Shown in pieces: positions 56,413-64,000 of a DNA stretch of 64,000 bases. Under the pieces are notes generated by a model, which saw nothing but the letters and a program-made list of their open reading frames with translations, made no database searches and was not told the DNA's origin. This stretch comes from Candidatus Bathyarchaeia archaeon. GTDB taxonomy: Archaea; Thermoproteota; Bathyarchaeia; 40CM-2-53-6. Where the stretch lies: NCBI GenBank assembly GCA_049517415.1, contig JBEKSC010000002.1, positions 32,001 to 96,000 on the forward strand, read 5' to 3'. The position numbers and the translations under genes were made by a program. The first letter of the stretch is position 1. Each line of letters opens with the position of its first letter.

Positions 56413-57846
56413 GTGTTCACGATGGATTCGGAGAAAACGAAGACCAAGATTGTTTGCACCATAGGCCCTTCAACGTCTTCGAAGGCGATGCTCCGACGAT
56501 TGACGCGTGCGGGAATGAATGTTGCTAGGCTGAACCTATCCCACGGAACGTTAGACGAGCACGCTGCCCGAATTCGCTTGATTCGTGCGGTTTCGAGGGA
56601 GTTGAAGACCTCCCTTGGAATATTGCTCGACTTGCCGGGGCCTAAGATTAGGGTTGGCAGGATATTCCCGGAGCCTGTGGAGCTACGGGAGGGTGCGCAA
56701 CTCATTCTCACGTCGAGGAGGGTTGTTGGCAATCAAAGGATGGTATCGATTAGCCATCCATCAATCCTGAAGCAGCTTAGGAAAGGCGACCGAGTTTTCC
56801 TTGAAGACGGCATAGTCGAGCTCACCGTTATCCAGGCGAACAAGGACCAAGCCACCTGCCAGATTGTGAGGGGGGGCCACATCTCCTCGGGAAAGGGAGT
56901 CAATTTACCCGGAAAGAAGTTGAGACTTGGCGCCCTAACCAAGCAGGACATTAGCCTCCTCAAATTCGCCGTTCAAAATCGGGTGGACTTTGCCGCCTTA
57001 TCATTCGTAACAACTGCTGCTGAAGTTGCCAAAGCCAAACGAATTGTGAAAGACGCTGGTTCCAAGGCATGGATCATAGCAAAAATCGAAAAACGCCAAG
57101 CGGTCGACAACTTTGATGAAATTGTGCAGAAGGCACATGGCATAATGGTCGCTCGGGGAGACCTTGGCGTCGAGATGGAGATTGAGGAGATCCCCACCCT
57201 TCAAAAGGAAATAATCACCAAGGCTAACGCAGCCGGAAAACCTGTGATCACAGCCACCCAAATGCTGGAATCCATGGTCAATAACCCCGTACCAACACGC
57301 GCGGAAGTAACCGACATCGCGAACGCAATAATCGATGGAACGGACGCGATTATGCTTTCAGAGGAAACTGCAGTTGGAAGCTATCCTGTTGAGGCCGTGA
57401 ACGTGATGAAGCGAGTTGCCTCCGCCACGGAAAAGAACCTGCCCTACAGCGCGCTTCTCGACAGTAGGAGCGAGCACCTGAGACCAATCGTTCAAGATTT
57501 GATCAGTTACTCAGCTTGCTTAGTTGCATACCGAGTGGACGCAGGTTGCATAGTGGCCCATACAAGAACCGGCCTCACGGCACATAGAGTGTCCAAGTTC
57601 CGGTCACCCGTTCCCATCATTGCCCTGACAAACAACGTCCCAATAATGAACAGACTTTCAGTGCTCTGGGGCGTGTACCCCTACCGCGTGAAGAAGCTCT
57701 CGACCACGGCTGAGATATTCTCCGCTGCGAAGATCGCAGCCAGGCATAGCGGGACAGTTAGCGAGAACGGCAAGATAGTTGTGGTTTGCGGAGACCCATC
57801 CACACCAGGGGGAACTACAGACCTGCTTCGAGTCCAGACGGTCTAG
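56413..57846 (+). CDS. pyk: Pyruvate kinase
   Basis: TKIVCTIGP, RLNLSHG, MVARGDLG, ATQMLESM, PTRAE. Confidence 0.97.
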   Translation: MFTMDSEKTKTKIVCTIGPSTSSKAMLRRLTRAGMNVARLNLSHGTLDEHAARIRLIRAVSRELKTSLGILLDLPGPKIRVGRIFPEPVELREGAQLILTSRRVVGNQRMVSISHPSILKQLRKGDRVFLEDGIVELTVIQANKDQATCQIVRGGHISSGKGVNLPGKKLRLGALTKQDISLLKFAVQNRVDFAALSFVTTAAEVAKAKRIVKDAGSKAWIIAKIEKRQAVDNFDEIVQKAHGIMVARGDLGVEMEIEEIPTLQKEIITKANAAGKPVITATQMLESMVNNPVPTRAEVTDIANAIIDGTDAIMLSEETAVGSYPVEAVNVMKRVASATEKNLPYSALLDSRSEHLRPIVQDLISYSACLVAYRVDAGCIVAHTRTGLTAHRVSKFRSPVPIIALTNNVPIMNRLSVLWGVYPYRVKKLSTTAEIFSAAKIAARHSGTVSENGKIVVVCGDPSTPGGTTDLLRVQTV

Positions 57847-58055
57847 GGACCTTCTTTGGTTATACGCGTAACTGAACGGTCAAGCTCTTTGGTAGATTTC
57901 TCTCTTAGGATAGCCAAATGCAGGTCTACGGCGCGTTCAAAATTCTGCCTTGCATCCTTCAGAGTCGTCCCAACCGAGTAGCCACCTAGTGTAGAGCGTG
58001 CCATAGCGTAAGTTCCATTATCTTCTAGCATGATTTCTGTCCTAGCATCTTTCAA
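57843..58055 (-). CDS. HicB-like antitoxin-fold small protein
   Basis: EDNGTY...GYSVGTTLKDARQNFERAVDLHL. Confidence 0.6.
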   Translation of the reverse strand: MKDARTEIMLEDNGTYAMARSTLGGYSVGTTLKDARQNFERAVDLHLAILREKSTKELDRSVTRITKEGP

Positions 58056-58133
58056 TCAACTAGTAAAGAATGTGCCCAGACTCCAGCTTGATTTTAATTC
58101 CACAGTACTCATCTTGATGGTAAGCGAACGAGT

Positions 58134-58304
58134 TTGCCTTCGAACCAGTTGAAGCCTGAGGAGAGGGTGGCTGTAGCAGTTGGGATGGTGGATTGTGTTA
58201 CCCAGGTTTGTATTGACAGCATTAGAGAAAAGGAGTCCCGTATTTCAGATGCGCAGCTGATTCGCATCCTCCGCCGTAGATTTCGAGCAGGCCGAAGATC
58301 CTAG
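58134..58304 (+). CDS. Small helical protein, Rv0078B/MenA-like antitoxin candidate
   Basis: Hand translation MPSNQLKPEERVAVAVGMVDCVTQVCIDSIREKESRISDAQLIRILRRRF..; lies directly upstream of a nucleotidyltransferase. Confidence 0.6.
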   Translation: MPSNQLKPEERVAVAVGMVDCVTQVCIDSIREKESRISDAQLIRILRRRFRAGRRS

Positions 58305-58319
58305 AATGGTGTGTAGACT

Positions 58320-58928
58320 CTGGATAACTTCTCAGAGTTTGTCAGGAGAGTAGTTAGGACGCTCAACCGGAGCGGAGTACAGTACATGCTCACAGGAGCA
58401 TTAGCATCAAGCTACTACGGCCGTCCGAGAACTACGGTAGACTTGGATGTGGTAGTCGATACTAACGAAGATGAACTTACCGGATTGGCGAAAGTTTTCA
58501 CAAGTGCAGGTCTCAGAGTCCAAGTTCAAAAGCTGGAAGCAACTTGGCGTTCAGAGTACAGGATCATCACCATTGAAGATACCAAAAGTCCACACCACTT
58601 GGACGTAATATTCACCGATCAGAAACTTGAGAGGAAGGCAGCTCGTATTCTAGGGTTGCCAACATACTGCCAAACTGCGGAGTCACTGATACTTGCGAAA
58701 CTAAGAATGATCAAGGCCACCGTCCAGGTGGAGAGAGCCGCCACAGACCGCAATGATATCAGAGCGATCCTCGAGAATACCCATATCAACTTGAGAGGAC
58801 TGCGAAGGAAGGCCAAGAAGGAAAGTACTGCGAAGATTCTCGAAGCTTTGCTGCAGGAAGAGAGCATGTTTAGCACGATGCAAGGAACTTCTCTGAGAGA
58901 CATAAGAGACCACAGGGACCGGGTCTGA
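58320..58928 (+). CDS. Pol-beta-family nucleotidyltransferase (DUF6036/MenT-like toxin candidate); probable CTG start
   Basis: YMLTGALASSYYGRPRTTVDLDVV, LILAKL, DRNDI; N-terminal helix extends upstream of ATG 58386. Confidence 0.78.
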   Translation: MDNFSEFVRRVVRTLNRSGVQYMLTGALASSYYGRPRTTVDLDVVVDTNEDELTGLAKVFTSAGLRVQVQKLEATWRSEYRIITIEDTKSPHHLDVIFTDQKLERKAARILGLPTYCQTAESLILAKLRMIKATVQVERAATDRNDIRAILENTHINLRGLRRKAKKESTAKILEALLQEESMFSTMQGTSLRDIRDHRDRV

Positions 58929-59061
58929 GGCAAATCGTAGAGCCGTATCGGTGACCGGAGATGCGTATTCTACGGCAGGTTTATGCTAGGGCCATTCGCA
59001 ATTCCTACTGAGAAATAGTTCAGATGGATTTCCATTCAAGCAGGCATCGGGGTGCGTCGGA

Positions 59062-60138
59062 GTGGGAGCCTTGACTGTGGGCAAAGAGGCGATACTCTAC
59101 CAGCAGCTGCCTGGTGGCCGGGTTAGATGCACGGCCTGCGCCCGATACTGCAACATTCCGGAAGGAAAGATAGGCCTCTGCGGAATCCGAGGAAACACAA
59201 ACGGAAAGCTCTGGCTCTACGTCTACGGCAAAATCATAGCCGGCCACGTAGACCCAATCGAAAAGAAGCCCGTGACCCACTACATGCCTGGAACTAAGAT
59301 ATTCTCAATCGCTACGACAGGTTGCAATTGGCTCTGCTCCTACTGTCAGAACAGTGACATTAGTCAGCGGCGGAAAATCGAGGGTATAGATGCAACGCCC
59401 GAAACCGTCGTGGAGATGACTAAGCGTTATCGTTGTGAGGGATTGGCGTATACTTACAATGAGCCGTCGATTTTCATTGAGTTTGCGCATGATATTGGAG
59501 TTCAGGCGCGGAAGGCGGGGCTCATCAACATCTTCGTCTCGAACGGGTACGATACGCCCGATACTGTTGGTTTGATGCGAGATTTCTTGGATTGCATAAC
59601 GGTTGACTTCAAAGGCAGCGGTGAGACCGGCTTCGTGCGGAAGTATATCGGTATCGCCAACGCAGACCCAATCTTGCAGACTCTGCTGGAGATTCGTGAT
59701 AGGACCAAGGTTCACATTGAGATCACGGACCTAATTGTTCCAGAGGTTGGGGACGACTTGGGGGCTGCTAAGAGGCTGTCTTCATGGGTCTATGATAACT
59801 TGGGCCCTGATACGCCGATTCACTTTCTTCGATTCCACCCAGATTACAAGATGATGAACTTGCCAGCAACCCCAGTCGGAACCTTGGTGAAGCATCACGC
59901 AGTCGCCAAGGAGGTAGGGTTGAATTACGTTTACCTTGGCAATGTGCCGGGGCATCCGCTAGAACACACATACTGCCCAGAATGCGGGAAGGTTGTTGTC
60001 GAACGTTTAGGTTTCGACATTACGGGATGGCATATGGACGACCAGAACCGGTGCAAGCATTGTGGAAACGAGATCCCAATCGTTGGCCATTTGAGTAAGT
60101 CGATAAACGAAGAACGCTTCATACCCATAATAATGTAA
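59062..60138 (+). CDS. amrS: AmmeMemoRadiSam system radical SAM enzyme
   Basis: CTACARYC, DPIEKKP, GCNWLCSYCQN, YTYNEP, RFHPDY. Confidence 0.92.
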   Translation: MGALTVGKEAILYQQLPGGRVRCTACARYCNIPEGKIGLCGIRGNTNGKLWLYVYGKIIAGHVDPIEKKPVTHYMPGTKIFSIATTGCNWLCSYCQNSDISQRRKIEGIDATPETVVEMTKRYRCEGLAYTYNEPSIFIEFAHDIGVQARKAGLINIFVSNGYDTPDTVGLMRDFLDCITVDFKGSGETGFVRKYIGIANADPILQTLLEIRDRTKVHIEITDLIVPEVGDDLGAAKRLSSWVYDNLGPDTPIHFLRFHPDYKMMNLPATPVGTLVKHHAVAKEVGLNYVYLGNVPGHPLEHTYCPECGKVVVERLGFDITGWHMDDQNRCKHCGNEIPIVGHLSKSINEERFIPIIM

Positions 60139-60178
60139 GAAGGCCTCGAACTACGAGACCGCTCCACCCCCACCGCGC

Positions 60179-61147
60179 TTAGAATTTGATTTCAATTCCG
60201 GCATTTTCGCGTAGAGCGGATTTGTATATCGTATTAGCGGCGGCCACATCTTCCACGGCTATGCCGACAGACTTGAACAACGTTATCTGTTGAGCAGTTG
60301 TTCGTCCAGCTTTTTTACCAGCAATTACCTCTCCGATTTCCCCGCTAATTTCATCTACCTTGTAACCTCTCGACATAGCTTCAATCAGGTCGCCGGACTC
60401 TTTAGTAGCTTGTTCAATCGAATCCACGAAGACCTTAGACCTTCGAAACAATGCTACGTCAAGTTCATGTCGAGAGGGCATGTTGGACCCGATTGCATTA
60501 ATGTGCGTCCCCGGGTTTGCCGCGGAGGCTTCGAAGAGAGCCTGAGTTGAGGTTGTAGCAGTTATTAGAAGATCAGCATTCTGCACAACTTCATCGGGGG
60601 ATTCAGCAACCTCAAGGGCCACTTTGAATCGGTCGAGAGCTATTGTGCGCGCCTTCTCCGCTTGCTCGCGCTTCACATCGTATACGTACCCGCTCTGAAT
60701 TCTGAGAACATGGCTAATTGCCTCAAGCTGTCCGAGTCCCTGCACGCCGGCCCCCAGCAATCCTAAGTTCCTTGAGTCTTTACGAGCCAAGTACTTCGTG
60801 GCCACGGCGGATGCTGCACCAGTTCTAAGTTGAGTAAGCCTGTTAGCACTCATCACGCATAACAGAGACCCATCTTGGTCGAATAGCATAACGACAAAAT
60901 AGGTTCCTTCAACCGCTCTCTTACCTGCGCTTCCTGTGAGTACCTTCAAGCCAGCCGTATTCAATTCTGGTAACGCAGCGAGCATGACGCGAAGCGTACC
61001 GGGTGTTCCGGGACGGTCCATCTGGTATCTCGGCGGCATTAATGTCGTCTTTTCACTGTATTGTTTGAGCGCCATCTCAACATCAGCAATTATCGAGTCT
61101 AAACTGGCTAGTTTCGATACGGCCTTCTCGTCTAGTATTAGGACCAA
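60179..61147 (-). CDS. Ornithine cyclodeaminase/mu-crystallin family (alanine dehydrogenase or imine reductase)
   Basis: LTQLRTGAASAVA, GAGVQG, HINAIGS, FKSVGIAVED. Confidence 0.9.
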   Translation of the reverse strand: MVLILDEKAVSKLASLDSIIADVEMALKQYSEKTTLMPPRYQMDRPGTPGTLRVMLAALPELNTAGLKVLTGSAGKRAVEGTYFVVMLFDQDGSLLCVMSANRLTQLRTGAASAVATKYLARKDSRNLGLLGAGVQGLGQLEAISHVLRIQSGYVYDVKREQAEKARTIALDRFKVALEVAESPDEVVQNADLLITATTSTQALFEASAANPGTHINAIGSNMPSRHELDVALFRRSKVFVDSIEQATKESGDLIEAMSRGYKVDEISGEIGEVIAGKKAGRTTAQQITLFKSVGIAVEDVAAANTIYKSALRENAGIEIKF

Positions 61148-61270
61148 ACTGGACCCCTAAACCGGACGCTTAGCCAAGGGCTCCATCCTTTAACGCTTTG
61201 GGCACTCGAAACCAACGGAAGTAATTATTAGCCGACGCCGTTAAGGCGAAAAACCTGAAGGGAAACATGC

Positions 61271-62209
61271 ATGGCCGCGAAACTACACGGTATGTGCGCC
61301 ATCTTGGCGACGCCATTCGATCCTCAAAAGAAGATTGATGAGAAAAGCCTTAGGTCGTTAATTGATTTTGAACTAAAGGCAGGCGTCCATGGCGTAACCA
61401 TCCTAGGGCTTCTGGGGGAGGTGTTACGACTGTCTGATGTTGAGAGAAGTGAAATCACAAGGATAGTAGTAAATGAAGTTCGCGGGCGTGTCCCCGTGGT
61501 GTCCGGAACAGGCGCATCGGGTACTGATCTCGCAATAATCTACAGCAAAGAAGCGGAAAAACTTGGCGTTGACGCCGTTATGATTGCCCCACCTAGGTTA
61601 GCCAAACAGAATGACGATGCACTCGTCAATTATTACAGTGAGATTGCAAAAGAAATCAGCATCCCAATAGTCGTGCAAGACGAACCGATGACATACGCAG
61701 TTCACATGTCACCCAAGCTGATCGCTCGTTTCTCCGAGATTGGGGGAATTGACTACATCAAATTGGAAGACCCGCCAACGCCAATCAAAATATCTCAAAT
61801 TCGAAGCTTAACCGATGACCGTTTAGGAATTTTCGGAGGCCTTGGTGGACTATACGCGTTTGAAGAGCTTTCTAGAGGGGCCGTTGGTGTTATGACTGGT
61901 TTCGCCTACCCCGAAGTACTCGTGAGCGTCTGCGAAGCCTTCTCAAGAGGAAAACGCGAAGTTGCACGCGACCTATTCTACCGCGCTCTCCCCTTGATTA
62001 GGTACGAAGCCCAACCAATGGTTAGTCTTGCAATCAGAAAGGAGATCTACAGAAGACGCGGCTCAATCAAAGACTCAATAATGCGTGACCCAGCAACTAA
62101 ACTGGACCAAGAAAGTTTCAAAGAAATTGACGAACTATTGGCTGGAATTAACATAGACGAGCTACTGGCAACATGCAAGAAAGTAGCAACCGGTAAAACC
62201 AGCGCTTAA
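61271..62209 (+). CDS. Dihydrodipicolinate synthase-family lyase or dehydratase
   Basis: TPF, LGLLGE, VQDEP, YIKLEDPPT. Confidence 0.88.
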   Translation: MAAKLHGMCAILATPFDPQKKIDEKSLRSLIDFELKAGVHGVTILGLLGEVLRLSDVERSEITRIVVNEVRGRVPVVSGTGASGTDLAIIYSKEAEKLGVDAVMIAPPRLAKQNDDALVNYYSEIAKEISIPIVVQDEPMTYAVHMSPKLIARFSEIGGIDYIKLEDPPTPIKISQIRSLTDDRLGIFGGLGGLYAFEELSRGAVGVMTGFAYPEVLVSVCEAFSRGKREVARDLFYRALPLIRYEAQPMVSLAIRKEIYRRRGSIKDSIMRDPATKLDQESFKEIDELLAGINIDELLATCKKVATGKTSA

Positions 62210-62310
62210 GGGCTGAAGCCTCTCACTTGAAATCGAACAGAGGCTGCGCAAAACGGCGCGTTTTCGTTCTAACGAAAAGCAATTTACATTCACAGCACAA
62301 GCATTAGCCT

Positions 62311-63414
62311 ATGCAAATCACGAAAGTTCAAGCGTATCCTGTCCGCTTGCCGATGCGACAGTTCAGTGATGCATATTCCGATTATCCGATGGGGCAATTT
62401 GTGCTCGTCGAAATCGACACCGACCAAGGTACAGTTGGCTTCGGTGAGGCTCCCTGCACAGTCACCGTGGGGTTCTACGGAGAAACATTGGAGACGGTAA
62501 CTGCTGCAATTCGGAATCACCTTGGACCAAAGTTGTTGGGGGAGGATCCGCTCAATATACGAAAGGCTACTTCACTCATGAATTCCATCCACGGAGCCGC
62601 ATTCATCGCTAAGACAGGCATCGATACAGCGCTCTATGATTTAGCGGGCAAAGCCCTCGAAGTGCCCGTAAGCACCTTGCTAGGTGGCAGACAAAGAAAC
62701 AGCATAGAGGCTGCGTCTGAGATAGCGATAGTTAATCCCGAAGAAATGGCTCGAGAAGCCCGCCGCCTCATTGAGTTGGGTTTCAAAGTCATCAAAGTCA
62801 AGGCCGGCAGAAATGTCGATGATGAGGTCAAGGGTATCAAAGCGATTCGGGACGCGGCAGGCTCAGACATCGAACTGAGAGTCGACCCAAACGCAGGGTG
62901 GTCACGCCTCGACACTCTCCGAGCCCTCAAGGCCCTTTCGCGTGAGGAAATCAGTTACATCGAACAACCGCTGCCTGGCTGGGATCTGGAAGGCCTCGCA
63001 TGGCTACGGAAGACAACGGGTGTTCCCGTAATGGTTGACGAGAGCGTCTGGACTCCACAGGACGTGATTAAGATCGCAAGAGCAGAAGCCGCGGACATAA
63101 TCAACATTAAGATCACAAAGGCTGGCGGCTTGAAGAACTCTCTGGCCATCTACACGACCGCAGAAGCGGTGGGCATCCCGTGCATCGTTGGAACCGAACT
63201 CGAATCATGCGTCGCAGTCGCCGCGAAACTGCAACTCGCGTCATCTTTTGAGAAGCTACCTTTTGCCTGCGAATTTACGGAATTGGCTTTCCAGAGAATA
63301 GCCATAACGGAATCTCTGCACCTCGAAAATGGTACCTTGAAGGTTCCGACAGGCCCAGGCCTGGGCATGGCTCCAGATAGGCAATTGATAGACCAGAACA
63401 CCGTTTCTCTGTAA
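62311..63414 (+). CDS. Mandelate racemase/muconate lactonizing family (dipeptide epimerase-like)
   Basis: GFGEA, IKVKAG, DPNAGW, EQP, DES, NIKITKAGG, PGLG. Confidence 0.9.
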   Translation: MQITKVQAYPVRLPMRQFSDAYSDYPMGQFVLVEIDTDQGTVGFGEAPCTVTVGFYGETLETVTAAIRNHLGPKLLGEDPLNIRKATSLMNSIHGAAFIAKTGIDTALYDLAGKALEVPVSTLLGGRQRNSIEAASEIAIVNPEEMAREARRLIELGFKVIKVKAGRNVDDEVKGIKAIRDAAGSDIELRVDPNAGWSRLDTLRALKALSREEISYIEQPLPGWDLEGLAWLRKTTGVPVMVDESVWTPQDVIKIARAEAADIINIKITKAGGLKNSLAIYTTAEAVGIPCIVGTELESCVAVAAKLQLASSFEKLPFACEFTELAFQRIAITESLHLENGTLKVPTGPGLGMAPDRQLIDQNTVSL

Positions 63415-63634
63415 ATGACAAGTAAGCTACCAATTCGCGCCGTCTTTTTGTTGTTAGCTTCCTACGGACGAAATACTCATTGTCCCGCCATTTTACAGTA
63501 AGCCGTGTGTTGTACCAACGGGACAATACCCGTAATCTTCAAACTCCGAAAAATTCATCCGTAGACATTCTGGAAACGAGTTCGTTGCCTCGTCGTTCGG
63601 CAGCTTTATACAGACACCAAAAATAATCTGAGTT

Positions 63635-64000
63635 ATGGCCAGACTGCGAACTGATGGTCTGCCTGCGGCTATTACTCCGGAAGATATCCTAACGAGGAAG
63701 GTCATTGCTGACGCGCAGATTTCATCCGATGGGAACTCTATCGCTTTTGTTGTAGGAGATTGTTTCAAGGAAAAAATCGGGAAAGCAAAATCGAACATTT
63801 GGTTAGCTGATGTGGGTTCGGGGGCCTCGCGTCAATTCACTGGAGGGGCTGGGACCGACAACTTTCCAAGGTGGTCACCCGACGGGACGAAGCTTGCTTT
63901 TCTGTCAGATAGGTCCGAGAACCGCCTGGTTCAGGTCTACCTGGTAGACCGAGAAGTAGGTGAAGCGCTGCAGCTGACTGACATTAGGGGTGAGATCGCT
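63635..64000 (+). CDS. S9-family (acylaminoacyl/dipeptidyl) peptidase, N-terminal propeller, runs off window
   Basis: Hand translation ITPEDIL...AQISSDGNSIAFV...PRWSPDGTKLAFLSDR...EALQLT. Confidence 0.8.
   Translation, partial: MARLRTDGLPAAITPEDILTRKVIADAQISSDGNSIAFVVGDCFKEKIGKAKSNIWLADVGSGASRQFTGGAGTDNFPRWSPDGTKLAFLSDRSENRLVQVYLVDREVGEALQLTDIRGEIA

Noticed and set aside
58302..58319. General amber read-through joining the small ORF and the NTase (same frame)
   Set aside because: Two TAGs intervene and many genes here end normally at TAG; a CTG start is simpler
63440..63570. Thiolase-like relic FEDYGYCPVG on the minus strand
   Set aside because: Too short and weak to support without a search

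Overview
Archaeal chromosomal window. TATA-type promoters, GGAGGTGA RBSs, BHB tRNA introns, a PEF-CTERM-like sorting signal and frequent TTG starts point to the TACK group, plausibly Bathyarchaeia (inference). It holds about 65 mostly housekeeping or catabolic CDSs, including hisS, citrate synthase, eno, pyk, apgM, dcd, mtnA, a split glutamate synthase cluster, a Liv-type ABC transporter beside (hydroxy)proline catabolic genes, an orphan DNA methylase and a small toxin-antitoxin-like cluster. The standout signal is not in the ORF track: five tRNA genes, all interrupted, carry 13 introns that I could fold by hand into bulge-helix-bulge (BHB) motifs. tRNA-Asp(GTC) has an intron at 68/69 inside the acceptor stem. 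tRNA-Tyr(GTA) has four introns (30/31, 37/38, 53/54, 59/60). tRNA-Arg(TCG) has two. tRNA-Arg(CCT) has three and a C at invariant position 33. tRNA-Leu(TAA) has three, one in the long variable arm. A splicing endonuclease subunit lies in the same window. Several neighbouring BHB motifs share nucleotides, which implies ordered splicing around 6-8 nt micro-exons. All calls are by eye; no database searches were run.
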